Below are positions 37,435 to 47,407 of a DNA stretch of 64,000 bases, piece by piece. Source of the stretch: an uncultured Actinomycetes bacterium. GTDB lineage: Bacteria > Actinomycetota > UBA4738 > HRBIN12. The stretch covers positions 71,222 through 135,221 of the forward strand of contig CAWKKN010000007.1 in NCBI GenBank assembly GCA_963850315.1. Reading direction: 5' to 3'. Under the pieces are notes generated by a model, which worked only from the letters and a program-made list of their open reading frames with translations, was not told the origin of the DNA and ran no database searches. Position 1 is the first letter of the stretch. Each line of letters opens with the position of its first letter. The position numbers and the translations under genes are program-made.

Positions 37435-38378
37435 ACGTCGAACCAGTCGTCACGCTCGTCCTCTTCCAGGTCGACCCAAGGCGGTCGCCGTTCGAGCTGG
37501 AGCATGACGACGCCCTCCTTCCCGACTTCCCGACCGGTGTCGTGCCCGTGGGGAGCCCTCAGATACATCGCGCGCAGATACTCGAAGATCATCGGACCCA
37601 GCGTCTCGGCGGCTTCGTCGGGAAGGTAGTGGCCGCAGCCCGGCAGCAGCGCAAGGGTGGACGATCCGATCGCCTGGTTCAGCTCGTCCCCGATCGTCGA
37701 GGGGAAGAAGGGGTCGTCCTCGCCCCACAGGATCAGCACGGGACACGTGATCCGCGCGAACTCGGCCTCGCGTCCCTCCAGACCGACACCGTCCACGGCG
37801 TCGATCAACCGCATGAAGGAACCGGGTTCGGCGAGGTATGGGCGGACGTACGCGTCGATCAGCTCCTCGCTCGCACGTTCGCGATGCTGCATGCCGACGT
37901 CGAACGCGGTGTGCATCACCGCGCGGATCAGCTCCGCCGTGGGCTCGACCTCGCGACCCCGTGCCTGCACCTCCCGAGCTGCCGCCGAGGGCCAGTACGC
38001 GAACGTCGCCGGATCGACCAGGACGATGGTGTCGACTCCGTCGTCGTCGAGCGCGAGCAGCTGAGCGATGCCGCCCCCCACGGCATGGCCGACAACGGCG
38101 TAGCGCTCGATGCCCAGGTGGGCGAGCAGCTCCCGGACGTAGCCGGACTGCGCGCGGATGTGGAGCGGTTCGTCCCGCGGCTTCGCCGAGTCGCCGGCAC
38201 CGACGAGGTCGGGAGCGATGACGCGGAACCTCGTCGACAGCAGGGGGACGAGGTGGCGCCACTCCAACGACCACAGCGGATAGGCGTGCAGGAGGATGAC
38301 GGCGGGACCTTCGCCCACGTCCGTGTACACCATGTCGCCGCCCGAGGTCCGGAAGCGAGATCGCGTTCGCGTGCTCAT
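37431..38378 (-). CDS. Alpha/beta-hydrolase fold protein inserted between folB and folP
   Basis: ILLHAYPLWSLEW is the oxyanion-hole region. The nucleophile elbow is VVGHAVGG. The C-terminal motif CGHYLPDE gives the catalytic His. True start possibly at 38333 (MVYTDVG). Confidence 0.75.
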   Translation of the reverse strand: MSTRTRSRFRTSGGDMVYTDVGEGPAVILLHAYPLWSLEWRHLVPLLSTRFRVIAPDLVGAGDSAKPRDEPLHIRAQSGYVRELLAHLGIERYAVVGHAVGGGIAQLLALDDDGVDTIVLVDPATFAYWPSAAAREVQARGREVEPTAELIRAVMHTAFDVGMQHRERASEELIDAYVRPYLAEPGSFMRLIDAVDGVGLEGREAEFARITCPVLILWGEDDPFFPSTIGDELNQAIGSSTLALLPGCGHYLPDEAAETLGPMIFEYLRAMYLRAPHGHDTGREVGKEGVVMLQLERRPPWVDLEEDERDDWFDV

Positions 38379-39289
38379 GGAGTCGCACCTCGCGTGTGCA
38401 TCGGAGACGCACCAGGGGTACTTACGGACGCGGGTCCCCGGGCGATGGCGTCGATCACACTCACCACGCGCACCATCTCCTTCACGTCATGGACCCGGAC
38501 GACGTCGACGCCCTCTGCGGCGCACCAGGCGACGGCGGCGGCGGTGCCCTCCAGTCGCTCGGCAGGGTCGGCGACGCCCGTGAGCTCACCCAGGAACCGT
38601 TTGCGCGAGACGCCCACCAGCACCGGGACGCGCAGCTCGGCGAACGTGCCGATCGCCCGAAGGAGCTCGAGGTTGTGTGCGAGGTTCTTGCCGAACCCGA
38701 TGCCCGGGTCGACGCAGAGATGGTCGCGGTGGATACCGGCGGCCACCGCAGCACCGATCCGTCCCGCGAGGTAGTCGCCGACCTCCGCCACCACGTCGCG
38801 GTACGAGGGATCCCGCTGCATCGTCTGAGGGTCGCCCTGCATGTGCATGAGGACGAGGCCTGCGCCGGCAGCCTTCACGGCAGCGAGCGTGCCCGGATCC
38901 GAGCCCGCCGTCACGTCGTTCACGATGGAGGCCCCGGCTTCGAGCGCCGCGCGCGCGACCTCGGACTTGCGGGTGTCGACGCTCACCGCGGTCCGGGGCA
39001 CTTCGACGGCGAGCCGTTCGATGACGGGGATCACGCGCTCCAGCTCCACGTCGGCAGGCACGGGATCCGCGCTGGGCCTCGTGGACTCGCCGCCCACGTC
39101 CAGGATGTCCGCGCCCTCTTCGACGAGCTGCAGCGCGTGCTTCACGGCATCCTCGGCGCCGGCGAACGTCCCTCCGTCACTGAACGAGTCGGGCGTGACG
39201 TTCACGATCCCCATGACGAGAGTGCGCTCCCCCAGTGGGAACGCGTGCTCGCCGCACCGCCAGACGGACCCCTCGCGCATGGGACCCAT
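38375..39289 (-). CDS. folP: Dihydropteroate synthase
   Basis: LVMGIVNVTPDSFSDGG...DILDVGGESTRP...GASIVND motifs. Confidence 0.9.
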   Translation of the reverse strand: MGPMREGSVWRCGEHAFPLGERTLVMGIVNVTPDSFSDGGTFAGAEDAVKHALQLVEEGADILDVGGESTRPSADPVPADVELERVIPVIERLAVEVPRTAVSVDTRKSEVARAALEAGASIVNDVTAGSDPGTLAAVKAAGAGLVLMHMQGDPQTMQRDPSYRDVVAEVGDYLAGRIGAAVAAGIHRDHLCVDPGIGFGKNLAHNLELLRAIGTFAELRVPVLVGVSRKRFLGELTGVADPAERLEGTAAAVAWCAAEGVDVVRVHDVKEMVRVVSVIDAIARGPASVSTPGASPMHTRGATP

Positions 39290-39332
39290 CGTAGCCGCGC
39301 GGTGGGAGCGGCCGGGGTCGGCGCGGGGAGGA

Positions 39333-39920
39333 TCAGCGCATGCCGATGTGGTTCATCGCCTCCTGACGCGTGCGGGCGTCGGAGCGGAACAGCCCCCGAA
39401 CTGCCGAGGTCACGGTGACGGAGCCGGGCTTCTTGATCCCGCGCATCGTCATGCAGAGGTGCTCGGCCTCGATCACCACGAAGACGCCGCGGGGCTCGAG
39501 GGCGCGTTCGATCGTGTCGGCGATCTCGGTCGTGAGGCGTTCCTGCACCTGCGGCTTCTTCGCCAGGATGTCGACGACGCGTGCGATCTTCGACAGGCCC
39601 GTGATCTGGCCGGACTTGTTCGGTACATAGGCCACGTGAGCCCTCCCGCTGAACGGGATGAGGTGGTGTTCGCAGTTCGAGTACAAGGGGATGTCGCGCA
39701 CCATGATCATCTCGTCGAAGTCAGCGCCCTCGACGACGGTCACGACCCCGGTGGGATCCACGCCGACGCCCTCGTAGACCTCGCGGTACATGCGCGCGAC
39801 GCGGTGGGGTGTCTCCTTCAAGCCGCCACGTTCGGGATCCTCGCCGATCCCCTCCAGGATCATGCGCACACCCTGCGCGATCTTGTCTTCGTCGAACCCT
39901 TGAGGCGTCACGGGCCGCAT
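39333..39920 (-). CDS. folE: GTP cyclohydrolase I
   Basis: [18 protein letters not shown] and HLCMTMRG motifs. 195 aa. Confidence 0.9.
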   Translation of the reverse strand: MRPVTPQGFDEDKIAQGVRMILEGIGEDPERGGLKETPHRVARMYREVYEGVGVDPTGVVTVVEGADFDEMIMVRDIPLYSNCEHHLIPFSGRAHVAYVPNKSGQITGLSKIARVVDILAKKPQVQERLTTEIADTIERALEPRGVFVVIEAEHLCMTMRGIKKPGSVTVTSAVRGLFRSDARTRQEAMNHIGMR

Positions 39921-39945
39921 CCTACCGGGGGACGCCGGGCGATCG

Positions 39946-40509
39946 TCAGGGCATCACCGGTACGGGCGATCGGCAATCGGCCGAGCCCACCGGGGTTCTG
40001 CACGCACCGAACGAGGCCACGGGCGATGGCGCGGCGGGCTTCCCGGCCTCAGACACGGCCAGGAGCGTGAATACGATCACGGCTGCCACGAGTGCCGCCG
40101 CGATCCATCGGACGAGCGTGGCGAAGCTCTTCCACTCGTCGGTCGCCTCCTCCGTGCTCGGCAGGTGCTCGACGGGAGCCGGCCGTGGCGGAGGAGGCGC
40201 GGCGACCCGACGACCCGTCGGCATCGGTCCGACGTTCCCCGAGGGAGCGGGCGCCCGACGCTCGGCGGCGGGACCCGCGATCACGCGGGCGCCCGGCGCC
40301 CGCCGACGGTCGTAGGTGGCGCGGCGCCGCTCGTCCCCGAGCACCTCGTAGGCGGCGCTCACGGTGCGGAAGGCCTCTTCGCCGCCCGGACCGACGTCGG
40401 GATGCAAGTGTCGCGCCAGCTCCCGATAGGCGTGGCGGATGGTCTCGGGAGAGGCGTCGGGCGCGACGCCGAGCACCACGTAGAGGTCCTGGGGACCGGA
40501 CCCGCTCAT
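39946..40509 (-). CDS. J-domain (DnaJ-like) membrane protein
   Basis: N-terminal J-domain ([32 protein letters not shown]) with the HPD tripeptide. Pro/Ala linker and a C-terminal TM helix. Located immediately upstream of folE, where ftsH sits in mycobacteria. Confidence 0.7.
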   Translation of the reverse strand: MSGSGPQDLYVVLGVAPDASPETIRHAYRELARHLHPDVGPGGEEAFRTVSAAYEVLGDERRRATYDRRRAPGARVIAGPAAERRAPAPSGNVGPMPTGRRVAAPPPPRPAPVEHLPSTEEATDEWKSFATLVRWIAAALVAAVIVFTLLAVSEAGKPAAPSPVASFGACRTPVGSADCRSPVPVMP

Positions 40510-40553
40510 GGGTCGAGTCTAGGCCCACGGAGAAGGCCGGGGTCAAGTCCCGG

Positions 40554-41225
40554 CTACGTGAGGGGGACCCGGGCCAGCGCGTCCAGGGTGTCCGGGAGCT
40601 CGGTCATGTCGCGGAGCTCGCCGGCTCGCGGCAGGCGGCTCGTTTCGTGCTGACGGTTGATCCATACACAGGGCAGGCGGAGCTTCGCGCAGGGTTCGAG
40701 GTCGTGGAACCTCGACGCTGCGACGTGCACGTGACGGGCCCTGTCGGCGCCCGTCCGCTCGAAGAAGGTCTCCCAGTGCCCGAACGCCGGCTTGTACGAG
40801 CCGATCTCGGACGCGACGACCCGCATGTCCACCGGTACGCCGATCGCTTGGAGCGACATGTCCAGGAACTCGGGATCGGTGTTCGACAGGATCCCCAGTC
40901 GCCATCCACGCTCGCGCAGCTCCGCGAGGGCCGCCGGGACCTCCGCGAAGACCGGCCATGAGGGCAGCGAGACGCTCAGAGCGTCGTCCTCGCCGGCGGG
41001 GACGGCGAGATGCTCGGCCTCCGCGACTCGGGCCAGCGCCTCCGACATGACCTGTCCGTAGGCGACCCCTCGCCCCGCCTGCACCTGGGGCTCCACCTCG
41101 TGGTAGCGACGCAGCAGGGCATCTGGATCCGCCTGGGGCCACAGCCGGGCGAGGGTCGCACGGATCCCGCCCATCCAATCGACGAGCGTGCCGTAGCAGT
41201 CGAAGGTGGCCCAGCGATCGCTCAT
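40554..41225 (-). CDS. HAD-superfamily hydrolase (haloacid dehalogenase type II-like)
   Basis: ATG 41225. ATFDCYGTLVDW is HAD motif I with the DxYGT sequence. ILSNTD and the later motifs follow. Confidence 0.75.
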   Translation of the reverse strand: MSDRWATFDCYGTLVDWMGGIRATLARLWPQADPDALLRRYHEVEPQVQAGRGVAYGQVMSEALARVAEAEHLAVPAGEDDALSVSLPSWPVFAEVPAALAELRERGWRLGILSNTDPEFLDMSLQAIGVPVDMRVVASEIGSYKPAFGHWETFFERTGADRARHVHVAASRFHDLEPCAKLRLPCVWINRQHETSRLPRAGELRDMTELPDTLDALARVPLT

Positions 41226-41343
41226 GACCGCGGAGTGTACGCACGCCCAGGACGAGCGGGGCTCGGCCCCGCAAGCCACGGCCCATCAGCCCACGCCGAT
41301 CGGTCCAACCCGTCCAACCCGTCCAACCCGACGAGCCGGCCGG

Positions 41344-41730
41344 TCAGCGGATGCCGGTGTCGACGTGGAGGGTCACCGCGACGAAGGCGCCCGCGGTGAC
41401 GGTCACCGCGCGTCTCTTCGTGGTGATGGGTCCCTCGGCCGTAGCAGGCGTGACGGTGTAGGTGCCGGGCGCAAGAGGCAGCAGGAACATGCCGGTCGAG
41501 TCCGTCCGGGTGCTGCCGACCACGTCGCCCGACGGCGCCGACGCCTGCACAACACCCCTCCACGGTCGATGCGGACAGGGCCTGTCGCCACCCACCGCGG
41601 GACAGCTCGGACCGGCGACGACGTTCCCGCGGATCCCGGACGTCGGTGCGGTGGACTTCTGCGGCGCCGACGCATGCACGCAGGCGACAAGCGTGATCGA
41701 GCAGATGGCCACCGCCAACCAGCGCTTCAT
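41344..41730 (-). CDS. Lipoprotein with carboxypeptidase-regulatory-like (CarboxypepD_reg) domain
   Basis: Signal peptide plus lipobox (LVAC). GIRGNVVAGPSCPAV...GSTRTDSTGMFLLPLAPGTYTV is a transthyretin-like fold. Confidence 0.65.
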   Translation of the reverse strand: MKRWLAVAICSITLVACVHASAPQKSTAPTSGIRGNVVAGPSCPAVGGDRPCPHRPWRGVVQASAPSGDVVGSTRTDSTGMFLLPLAPGTYTVTPATAEGPITTKRRAVTVTAGAFVAVTLHVDTGIR

Positions 41731-41805
41731 GTCCGTCGACCGTAGGAGGCGGCGTGGCCGGGGACAAGCCTCGGCCTGCGATGTTCGCGAGGCCCACGGG
41801 GCCGG

Positions 41806-42357
41806 TCAGTCGGTGCCGTAGGCCTCGGGCTTGAGCGTCGCGACGTGGGGCAGGTTCCGGTAGCGCTCGTCGTAGTCGAGTCCGTAGCCCACGACGAACT
41901 CGTTCGGGATGTCGAAGCCGACGTAGCGCAGGTCCAACGGCACCTTCTGGATGCCCTCTTTGCGCAGCAGCGCCGCCACCTCCAGCGTGCCGGGCTTGCG
42001 GCCAGCGAGGTTCTTGAGCAGGTACTTCAGCGTGAGGCCCGAGTCCACGATGTCCTCCACCAGCAGGACGTCGCGCCCTTCGAGGTCGTGGTCGAGGTCC
42101 TTGAGGATCCGCACCACCCCCGAGGACTTCGTCGCCGCGCCATAGGAGGACACGGCCATGAAGTCGAACTCCAGCGGTAGCCGGATGTAGCGCGCGAGGT
42201 CCGCCATCACGACGAAGGCGCCTTTCAGCACGCCGACCAGCAGGAGGGAGCGTCCCACGTAGTCCTTCGTGATCCGCTCGCCCATCTCCGCGAGCCTGAC
42301 CTGGATGGCGTCGGCCGAGATGAGGATCTTCTCGATGTCGGGTGCGTAGGCCTCCAT
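41806..42357 (-). CDS. hpt: Hypoxanthine phosphoribosyltransferase
   Basis: ATG 42357. PRPP motif LLVEDIVDSGLTL and IPNEFVVGYGLDY. Confidence 0.9.
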   Translation of the reverse strand: MEAYAPDIEKILISADAIQVRLAEMGERITKDYVGRSLLLVGVLKGAFVVMADLARYIRLPLEFDFMAVSSYGAATKSSGVVRILKDLDHDLEGRDVLLVEDIVDSGLTLKYLLKNLAGRKPGTLEVAALLRKEGIQKVPLDLRYVGFDIPNEFVVGYGLDYDERYRNLPHVATLKPEAYGTD

Positions 42358-42358
42358 G

Positions 42359-43438
42359 TCAGGGCCCGAAGTGTAGCGAGCGCACGAGATGGACGTGTCG
42401 GCGTCCACGTCGTGCCTTCACGCCGTCGGAGAGGTCGCGGCGGCGGCCGGGGCGGCCTCCTGCGAGGTCGTAGACGGCGTCGACGTCGGCACGGTCGCAG
42501 ACGGCGCCGACCCCGTAGAGGGCCCGCGTCACCACGCGCCCGCCGATCGCGCGCGGCAGGCTGAGCAGTCCCGCAGCGTCGATGTCGGCGCCGTCCGGCG
42601 TTTCGCTCAGGACGTTTCCGAGCGCCGCCATCGCCTGGCGCTGCAGCTCTTCCGCGTCCTCGCGCAGGCCCTCGGCGGTCCGGGCGATCGGCTCGCGCAG
42701 AGGTCGTCCCATCGCGCGCTCCAGCGCAGGGAAGCCCCGCGTCCGCAGCGCGACGCGCAGGAACCGCGGATCCTCGTTCATCGGGTCCGCACGCGGCCGA
42801 AGGTGCAGCGAGCGGCAGAACGCCTCGACCTCGGATCGGGTCACCTGGAGCAGCGGATCCACGTAGGGACCGGCCACCGGCGCGATGCCCCCCAGGCCGA
42901 CGAGGCCGCTCCCGGTCAGGAGGTTCATCAGCACGGTCTCGGCCTGATCGTCAAGGGTGTGACCGAGCGCGATCCTTCCGGCGCCGATGTCCCGTGCGGC
43001 CTCGGCGAGCGCCGCGAGGCGCTCCCGCCGAGCCCACGCCTCGATCGAGGCGCCACGCACCGGAGCGCTCGCGACCCGCCGCAGATGGAAGGCCAGGTCG
43101 TGACGCTCAGCGAGGCGCCGCACGTACGCGACATCGGCCGCCGAGCCGGTGCGAAGGCCGTGGTCGACGTGGCAGACCTGGAGGCGGATGCGGAACAGGC
43201 CCCGGAGCCGAACGAGGGACTCCAGCAGGCAGACGGAGTCCGGGCCGCCCGAGACCGCCACCAGCACGGTGGTCCCGGACGGGAACATCTCGTGCGCGCG
43301 AGCGGTCGCGGTCGCGCGCTCCAGCACGCGAGCGACCGCGGGCGGGCGCCGCACGGGGCCTACGCCCCGACGCGGGCGAGCCAGCGTTCGGGCTCGGCGA
43401 TCTCTTCGACGGAGGGCAGATGCTCCGGCGAGCTCCAC
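42359..43438 (-). CDS. tilS: tRNA(Ile)-lysidine synthetase
   Basis: PP-loop VAVSGGPDS. Position next to hpt as in actinobacteria. Exact start is uncertain (overlaps the upstream gene end). Confidence 0.7.
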   Translation of the reverse strand: MELAGASALRRRDRRARTLARPRRGVGPVRRPPAVARVLERATATARAHEMFPSGTTVLVAVSGGPDSVCLLESLVRLRGLFRIRLQVCHVDHGLRTGSAADVAYVRRLAERHDLAFHLRRVASAPVRGASIEAWARRERLAALAEAARDIGAGRIALGHTLDDQAETVLMNLLTGSGLVGLGGIAPVAGPYVDPLLQVTRSEVEAFCRSLHLRPRADPMNEDPRFLRVALRTRGFPALERAMGRPLREPIARTAEGLREDAEELQRQAMAALGNVLSETPDGADIDAAGLLSLPRAIGGRVVTRALYGVGAVCDRADVDAVYDLAGGRPGRRRDLSDGVKARRGRRHVHLVRSLHFGP

Positions 43439-44430
43439 ACGAGGTTGAACACGTCCATGTCGCGGCGCGCGACGATCTCACGCACGAACCGCTCACCGCT
43501 GTCGTACTGCTTGAGCTTCTGATCGAACCCGATGGCGCGCTGGAGCGTGCGCTCGGCGGCGTTGGACCGGCGCCGAGCCGCGAGCGCCCGGCGCATCCGT
43601 TCCACGTCGCCAACCTGGTCGCGCGCGACCTCGTTCATCACGAAGGACGCGTGGCCTTCCAACAGCGCCATCATCCCCTGCATCTGGACGAAGATCCGGC
43701 GCTGCTCCGGGTTCAACAACAAGAAGACTCCGCCCATCCCTCGGATGCCCGCGCCGGACCGTGCTTCCTCCGCGGCGTGACGCAACTGCTCCATCAGCTC
43801 CCGCGAATCGAGGGAGATCGAAGAGAGGTAGGCGTCGACGAGGCCCGCGAGGTGTCCCTTGAGCCATGGCGCGGCGCCGAACTGCACGCGATGGGTGACC
43901 TCGTGGATCGAGATCCACAGGCGGAAGTCTCGCGACGGCAGATGATACGCGCGTTCGACGTCGGCGACGTTCGGTCCCACGAAATAGAGGAGGCCTTCGT
44001 CGTCGGGAGGCAGGAACACGTCGTACTGACCGAGGACGCGGCGCGAAACGTACCCGAACAGCGCCCCGGCCTGCGCCCCCATCGCCTTGCGTTTGTACTC
44101 GGCACGGTGCTTCTGCTCGGCCATCAACCGCTCGGCCAGCGGCTCCAGGAGACGCTGCACACCGGCGAGGTTCTGGCGGATCCACTCGCTGCGGGCCATC
44201 ACCCACGCCCGTGAGCGGAACCCCTCGATCTCCAGGCCGCAGAACTGCTTGATCAGGTCCTCCGCGCGCGGCACGAGCTCGGCGAAGTCCTCACGCATGC
44301 GCGCGCGGTCGACGGCGGGGACCCCCGGGCCGGGCCCGGCAACCTTACGGCCGGCACGCAGCGCGGTCTCCCAGTCGGCGAGGCGGGCTGCCGCCGAGCC
44401 CATCGACCAATCGACCTGGGTCGCCATCAT
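43360..44430 (-). CDS. Zinc-dependent metalloprotease (DUF2342, zincin-like; Rv3626c-like)
   Basis: 356 aa. HEVTH zinc-binding motif (ISIHEVTHRVQF). Conserved neighbour of tilS/hpt. Confidence 0.75.
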   Translation of the reverse strand: MMATQVDWSMGSAAARLADWETALRAGRKVAGPGPGVPAVDRARMREDFAELVPRAEDLIKQFCGLEIEGFRSRAWVMARSEWIRQNLAGVQRLLEPLAERLMAEQKHRAEYKRKAMGAQAGALFGYVSRRVLGQYDVFLPPDDEGLLYFVGPNVADVERAYHLPSRDFRLWISIHEVTHRVQFGAAPWLKGHLAGLVDAYLSSISLDSRELMEQLRHAAEEARSGAGIRGMGGVFLLLNPEQRRIFVQMQGMMALLEGHASFVMNEVARDQVGDVERMRRALAARRRSNAAERTLQRAIGFDQKLKQYDSGERFVREIVARRDMDVFNLVWSSPEHLPSVEEIAEPERWLARVGA

Positions 44431-44443
44431 GGCTCGCGCGGGA

Positions 44444-45124
44444 CTAGCCCGCGCCCGCCGCCTTCTTGGCGGCGATCATGCCGGCGCGACGCGCCTTGCC
44501 TTCGGCGATCCTGCGGTCGGTGCCGGCCTCCAGCAGCTCGGCGAGGGTGGCCTCGTAGACGGCCTGATCGAGCGTGACCTCAACGCGCTCCGCCGGTGCG
44601 GCAGAGGGCGGAGGCGGAGCTGAGGCGGGGGCCGCCGGAGCCGGTGGAGGCGCGGCTGCTTCGGTCGCGGCGGGCGGGGCGGCGGCGGAGGGAGCGGGGG
44701 CCGCCGGACCTACGGACGCCGCGGCGGGGGCGGAAACCGCGCCCACGGCGGCAGGAAGGGCCGGTGGCGCCACGACCACCGGCGACGCGAGCGACAGGTC
44801 GACGTTGCGCCTCGGCAGCTCCGCACCGAGCCGCACCCGGTCGGCCCGCACCACCTTCATCGACTCCTCGTCCTGGGCGAACCGCGGGGCGTAGCGCATG
44901 TAGAGGATCACCGTGACGACGACCACAACGACCCCCAAGACGAGCAGGAGGGCCGCGATGCTGACGTGTAGCCCGAACGGCGTGATCGGCCCCGTCGGTC
45001 CGATGTTCTTCGCCGGCGTGGTCGACGGGTCGATCGAGACCTGGGCGGAGGCGGGCCCTGCGAGGAGCGCCACGAACAACGCAGACCCCGCGGCCAGGAT
45101 CAGTGACGGGCGGAGGCGTTTCAT
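44444..45124 (-). CDS. Secreted/membrane-anchored protein with Pro/Ala-rich low-complexity region
   Basis: ATG 45124 gives the signal peptide MKRLRPSLILAAGSALFVALLAGPASA and a later TM segment. A long PA-rich region follows, then a basic C-terminal helix. The track start at 45184 would overlap the tRNA. Confidence 0.5.
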   Translation of the reverse strand: MKRLRPSLILAAGSALFVALLAGPASAQVSIDPSTTPAKNIGPTGPITPFGLHVSIAALLLVLGVVVVVVTVILYMRYAPRFAQDEESMKVVRADRVRLGAELPRRNVDLSLASPVVVAPPALPAAVGAVSAPAAASVGPAAPAPSAAAPPAATEAAAPPPAPAAPASAPPPPSAAPAERVEVTLDQAVYEATLAELLEAGTDRRIAEGKARRAGMIAAKKAAGAG

Positions 45125-45159
45125 CGCGGCGGATTCTAGCAACAGCGGGACCGCGGGCG

Positions 45160-45231
45160 AGCCGGAGGTGGGATTTGAACCCACGACCTACCACTTACGA
45201 GGCGGTTGCTCTGCCCCTGAGCTACTCCGGC
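45160..45231 (-). tRNA. tRNA-Thr (anticodon CGU)
   Basis: Reverse complement GCCGGAGTAGCTCAGGGGCAGAGCAACCGCCTCGTAAGTGGTAGGTCGTGGGTTCAAATCCCACCTCCGGCT. Anticodon loop CUCGUAA. 7-bp acceptor stem. Confidence 0.85.
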
Positions 45232-45268
45232 GGTGGTCAGGGAGTCTATCAACGGTCATCATGCTCCG

Positions 45269-47401
45269 ATGGACCGAGCCGCGAAGCCCGCCACGAGCAA
45301 CACGACCACCGATGCCGAGCCACCCGGTCCGGTCGAGCGCGTCATGGTGGGGACCGACCGCTCCCAGACCGCGGAGCGAGCCGTGGCCTGGGCGGCCTCG
45401 TTCGCGGAACGGTTCCAGGCCGACCTGCACATCGTCCAGGTCGTGATCCCCGAGCAACCCGGCACGACGCAATACGGGGCCGCGGAGGGCACACGCGCCG
45501 CGGGAGCGGCCGACGCCCTCGCCACCTACGCGCGCCAGGTCGCCGGCGACCGCGGCTTCGCGCACGTCGTGATCGACGACGATCCCGCCATGGCCATCGT
45601 GCACGCCGCCGAATCGAAGCAGGCCGATGTCCTCGTGGTGGGCAACGCCGGGATGGCCGGGCGCAAGGAGTTCCTCCTGGGGAACGTGCCGAACCGCATC
45701 AGCCACAACGCGCGCTGCACGGTCATCATCGTCAACACCGCGTTGGACGGGACGGTGACCCACAACGCCGTCCGCCCCACCTCGACGGCCATCCGCGGGA
45801 GCCTGGAGGACCAGGCACCGGTGGAGCCGCACCTCACCGCGCGCGGCGCGCACATCGCGGCGGTGTTCGCCAAGCACGGGATGAAGGAGCTGTTCGGGCG
45901 GCCCGACAAGGACGGCGCCGTGGGTCGCGAGCGCCAGGCGAAGCGGCTCCGCGCGGCGCTCGAGGAGCTCGGACCGACGTTCGCGAAGCTCGGTCAGGTC
46001 CTGTCGACCCGCCCCGACCTCCTGCCACCGGAGTTCATCGACGAGCTCGCGACGCTGCAGGACCACGTCACGCCGTTGTCGGAAGATCAGGTCGTCGAGG
46101 TGATGGAGCAGGAGCTCCGCGTCCCGTGGGAGGACGTGTTCGACTCGATCGAGGCGAGCCCGTTGGCGGCCGGCACGATCGCGGAGGTCCACCGCGCCAC
46201 GCTGTCGGGCGGGACCCGAGTCGTGGTGAAGGTTCAGCGACCCAGCGCGAGGGAGGAGATCGAGCAGGATCTCGCACTCCTGGAGCTGTTCGCGGAGAAG
46301 GTGGGCGACCGGCCCGGCCTGAACCAGGTCATCGACATGGGCGCCGTCTTCGAGCACCTCTCGTCGTCGCTGCATCGGGAGCTGGACTTCCGGCAGGAGG
46401 CCGCGAACATCGAGCGGATGCGCAACGTGATCAAGGGCTACGTGCGTCTGGATGTGCCCAGGGTTCACGCCGACCTGTCGACCTCCCGGTTCCTCGTGAT
46501 GCAAGAGATCCAGGGGATCCCCATCGCTCAGGCGCCGGAAGGCAAGGAGCGCAAGGAGGCGGCGCGTCAGCTGCTGGAGAGCTACTACCAGCAGATCCTC
46601 GTTGACGGGTTCTTCCACGCCGATCCGCATCCGGGGAACCTGATGTGGTGGAACGACACCATCTACTTCCTCGACTTCGGCATGGTGGGCGAGGTCGGGC
46701 CGGAGATGCGCGAGCAGCTGATGCTGATGCTGATGGCGTTCTGGCAGGAGGACGTCGCGTTCCTCACGGACATCACGCTGATGCTGTCCGGTGGGATCGA
46801 TCGAACGGACCTCGATGTCGATGCCTTCCAGGGGGAGGTGGGGCAGCTGATGGCGGAGTACCGCACGGCCAACCTCGCCGACATCCAGCTCGGCCCGATC
46901 CTGCAGCAGATGACCGAGATCTCCCTGCGCCACGGCGTGCCCCTGCCCGCCTCCCTGACGCTCACGGGCAAGGCCCTCGCACAGATGCAGCTCGCGACCG
47001 CCGCGCTCGACCCCGAGCTCGACCCGTTCGACGTGGCGGGCTCGTTCTTGATGCGGAGCCTCTTCAAGGAGATGGGGGGCAAGCTGGACCCGAAGGCCCT
47101 CTTCTACCAATCGCAGAAGTTCAAGGTGCGTGCGATGCGGGTCATCGAGGCGGTGGAGCGGCTCATCGGGGCACGACCCGGGCAGAAGCTGGAGGTGAAC
47201 TTCAAGGCTTCGACGCTGGAGGCGACGATCCGTCGGGCGGGTCGCCGGCTCGCACTCGCCCTCACGGCCGGCGCCGCCCTGCTCGCCACCGGGCTCACGG
47301 CGGTCTCGTCGAACGTGGCGCGGTGGGTACCGCTCGCCTTCGGCACCGTGGGAGCTCTCCTGCTGTTGGCGATGCTGGTGGACATCGTCCGCAAACGCTA
47401 G
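45269..47401 (+). CDS. UspA-domain / ABC1-UbiB-family atypical kinase fusion protein with C-terminal TM helices
   Basis: N-terminal universal stress domain (VMVGTDRSQTAERAV...VLVVGNAGMAG...TVIIV). An ABC1/AarF kinase core follows (ASPLAAGTIAEVHRATL...HADPHPGNLMW...DFGMVG). Two C-terminal TM helices. Start at 45269 or 45344. The track start 45233 overlaps the tRNA. Confidence 0.75.
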   Translation: MDRAAKPATSNTTTDAEPPGPVERVMVGTDRSQTAERAVAWAASFAERFQADLHIVQVVIPEQPGTTQYGAAEGTRAAGAADALATYARQVAGDRGFAHVVIDDDPAMAIVHAAESKQADVLVVGNAGMAGRKEFLLGNVPNRISHNARCTVIIVNTALDGTVTHNAVRPTSTAIRGSLEDQAPVEPHLTARGAHIAAVFAKHGMKELFGRPDKDGAVGRERQAKRLRAALEELGPTFAKLGQVLSTRPDLLPPEFIDELATLQDHVTPLSEDQVVEVMEQELRVPWEDVFDSIEASPLAAGTIAEVHRATLSGGTRVVVKVQRPSAREEIEQDLALLELFAEKVGDRPGLNQVIDMGAVFEHLSSSLHRELDFRQEAANIERMRNVIKGYVRLDVPRVHADLSTSRFLVMQEIQGIPIAQAPEGKERKEAARQLLESYYQQILVDGFFHADPHPGNLMWWNDTIYFLDFGMVGEVGPEMREQLMLMLMAFWQEDVAFLTDITLMLSGGIDRTDLDVDAFQGEVGQLMAEYRTANLADIQLGPILQQMTEISLRHGVPLPASLTLTGKALAQMQLATAALDPELDPFDVAGSFLMRSLFKEMGGKLDPKALFYQSQKFKVRAMRVIEAVERLIGARPGQKLEVNFKASTLEATIRRAGRRLALALTAGAALLATGLTAVSSNVARWVPLAFGTVGALLLLAMLVDIVRKR

Positions 47402-47407
47402 CGGAGG

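Noticed and set aside
45233-45268. GTG 45233 as start of the Usp-UbiB gene
   Set aside because: Lies inside tRNA-Thr(CGU). Internal ATG 45269 or 45344 gives a normal Usp N-terminus.
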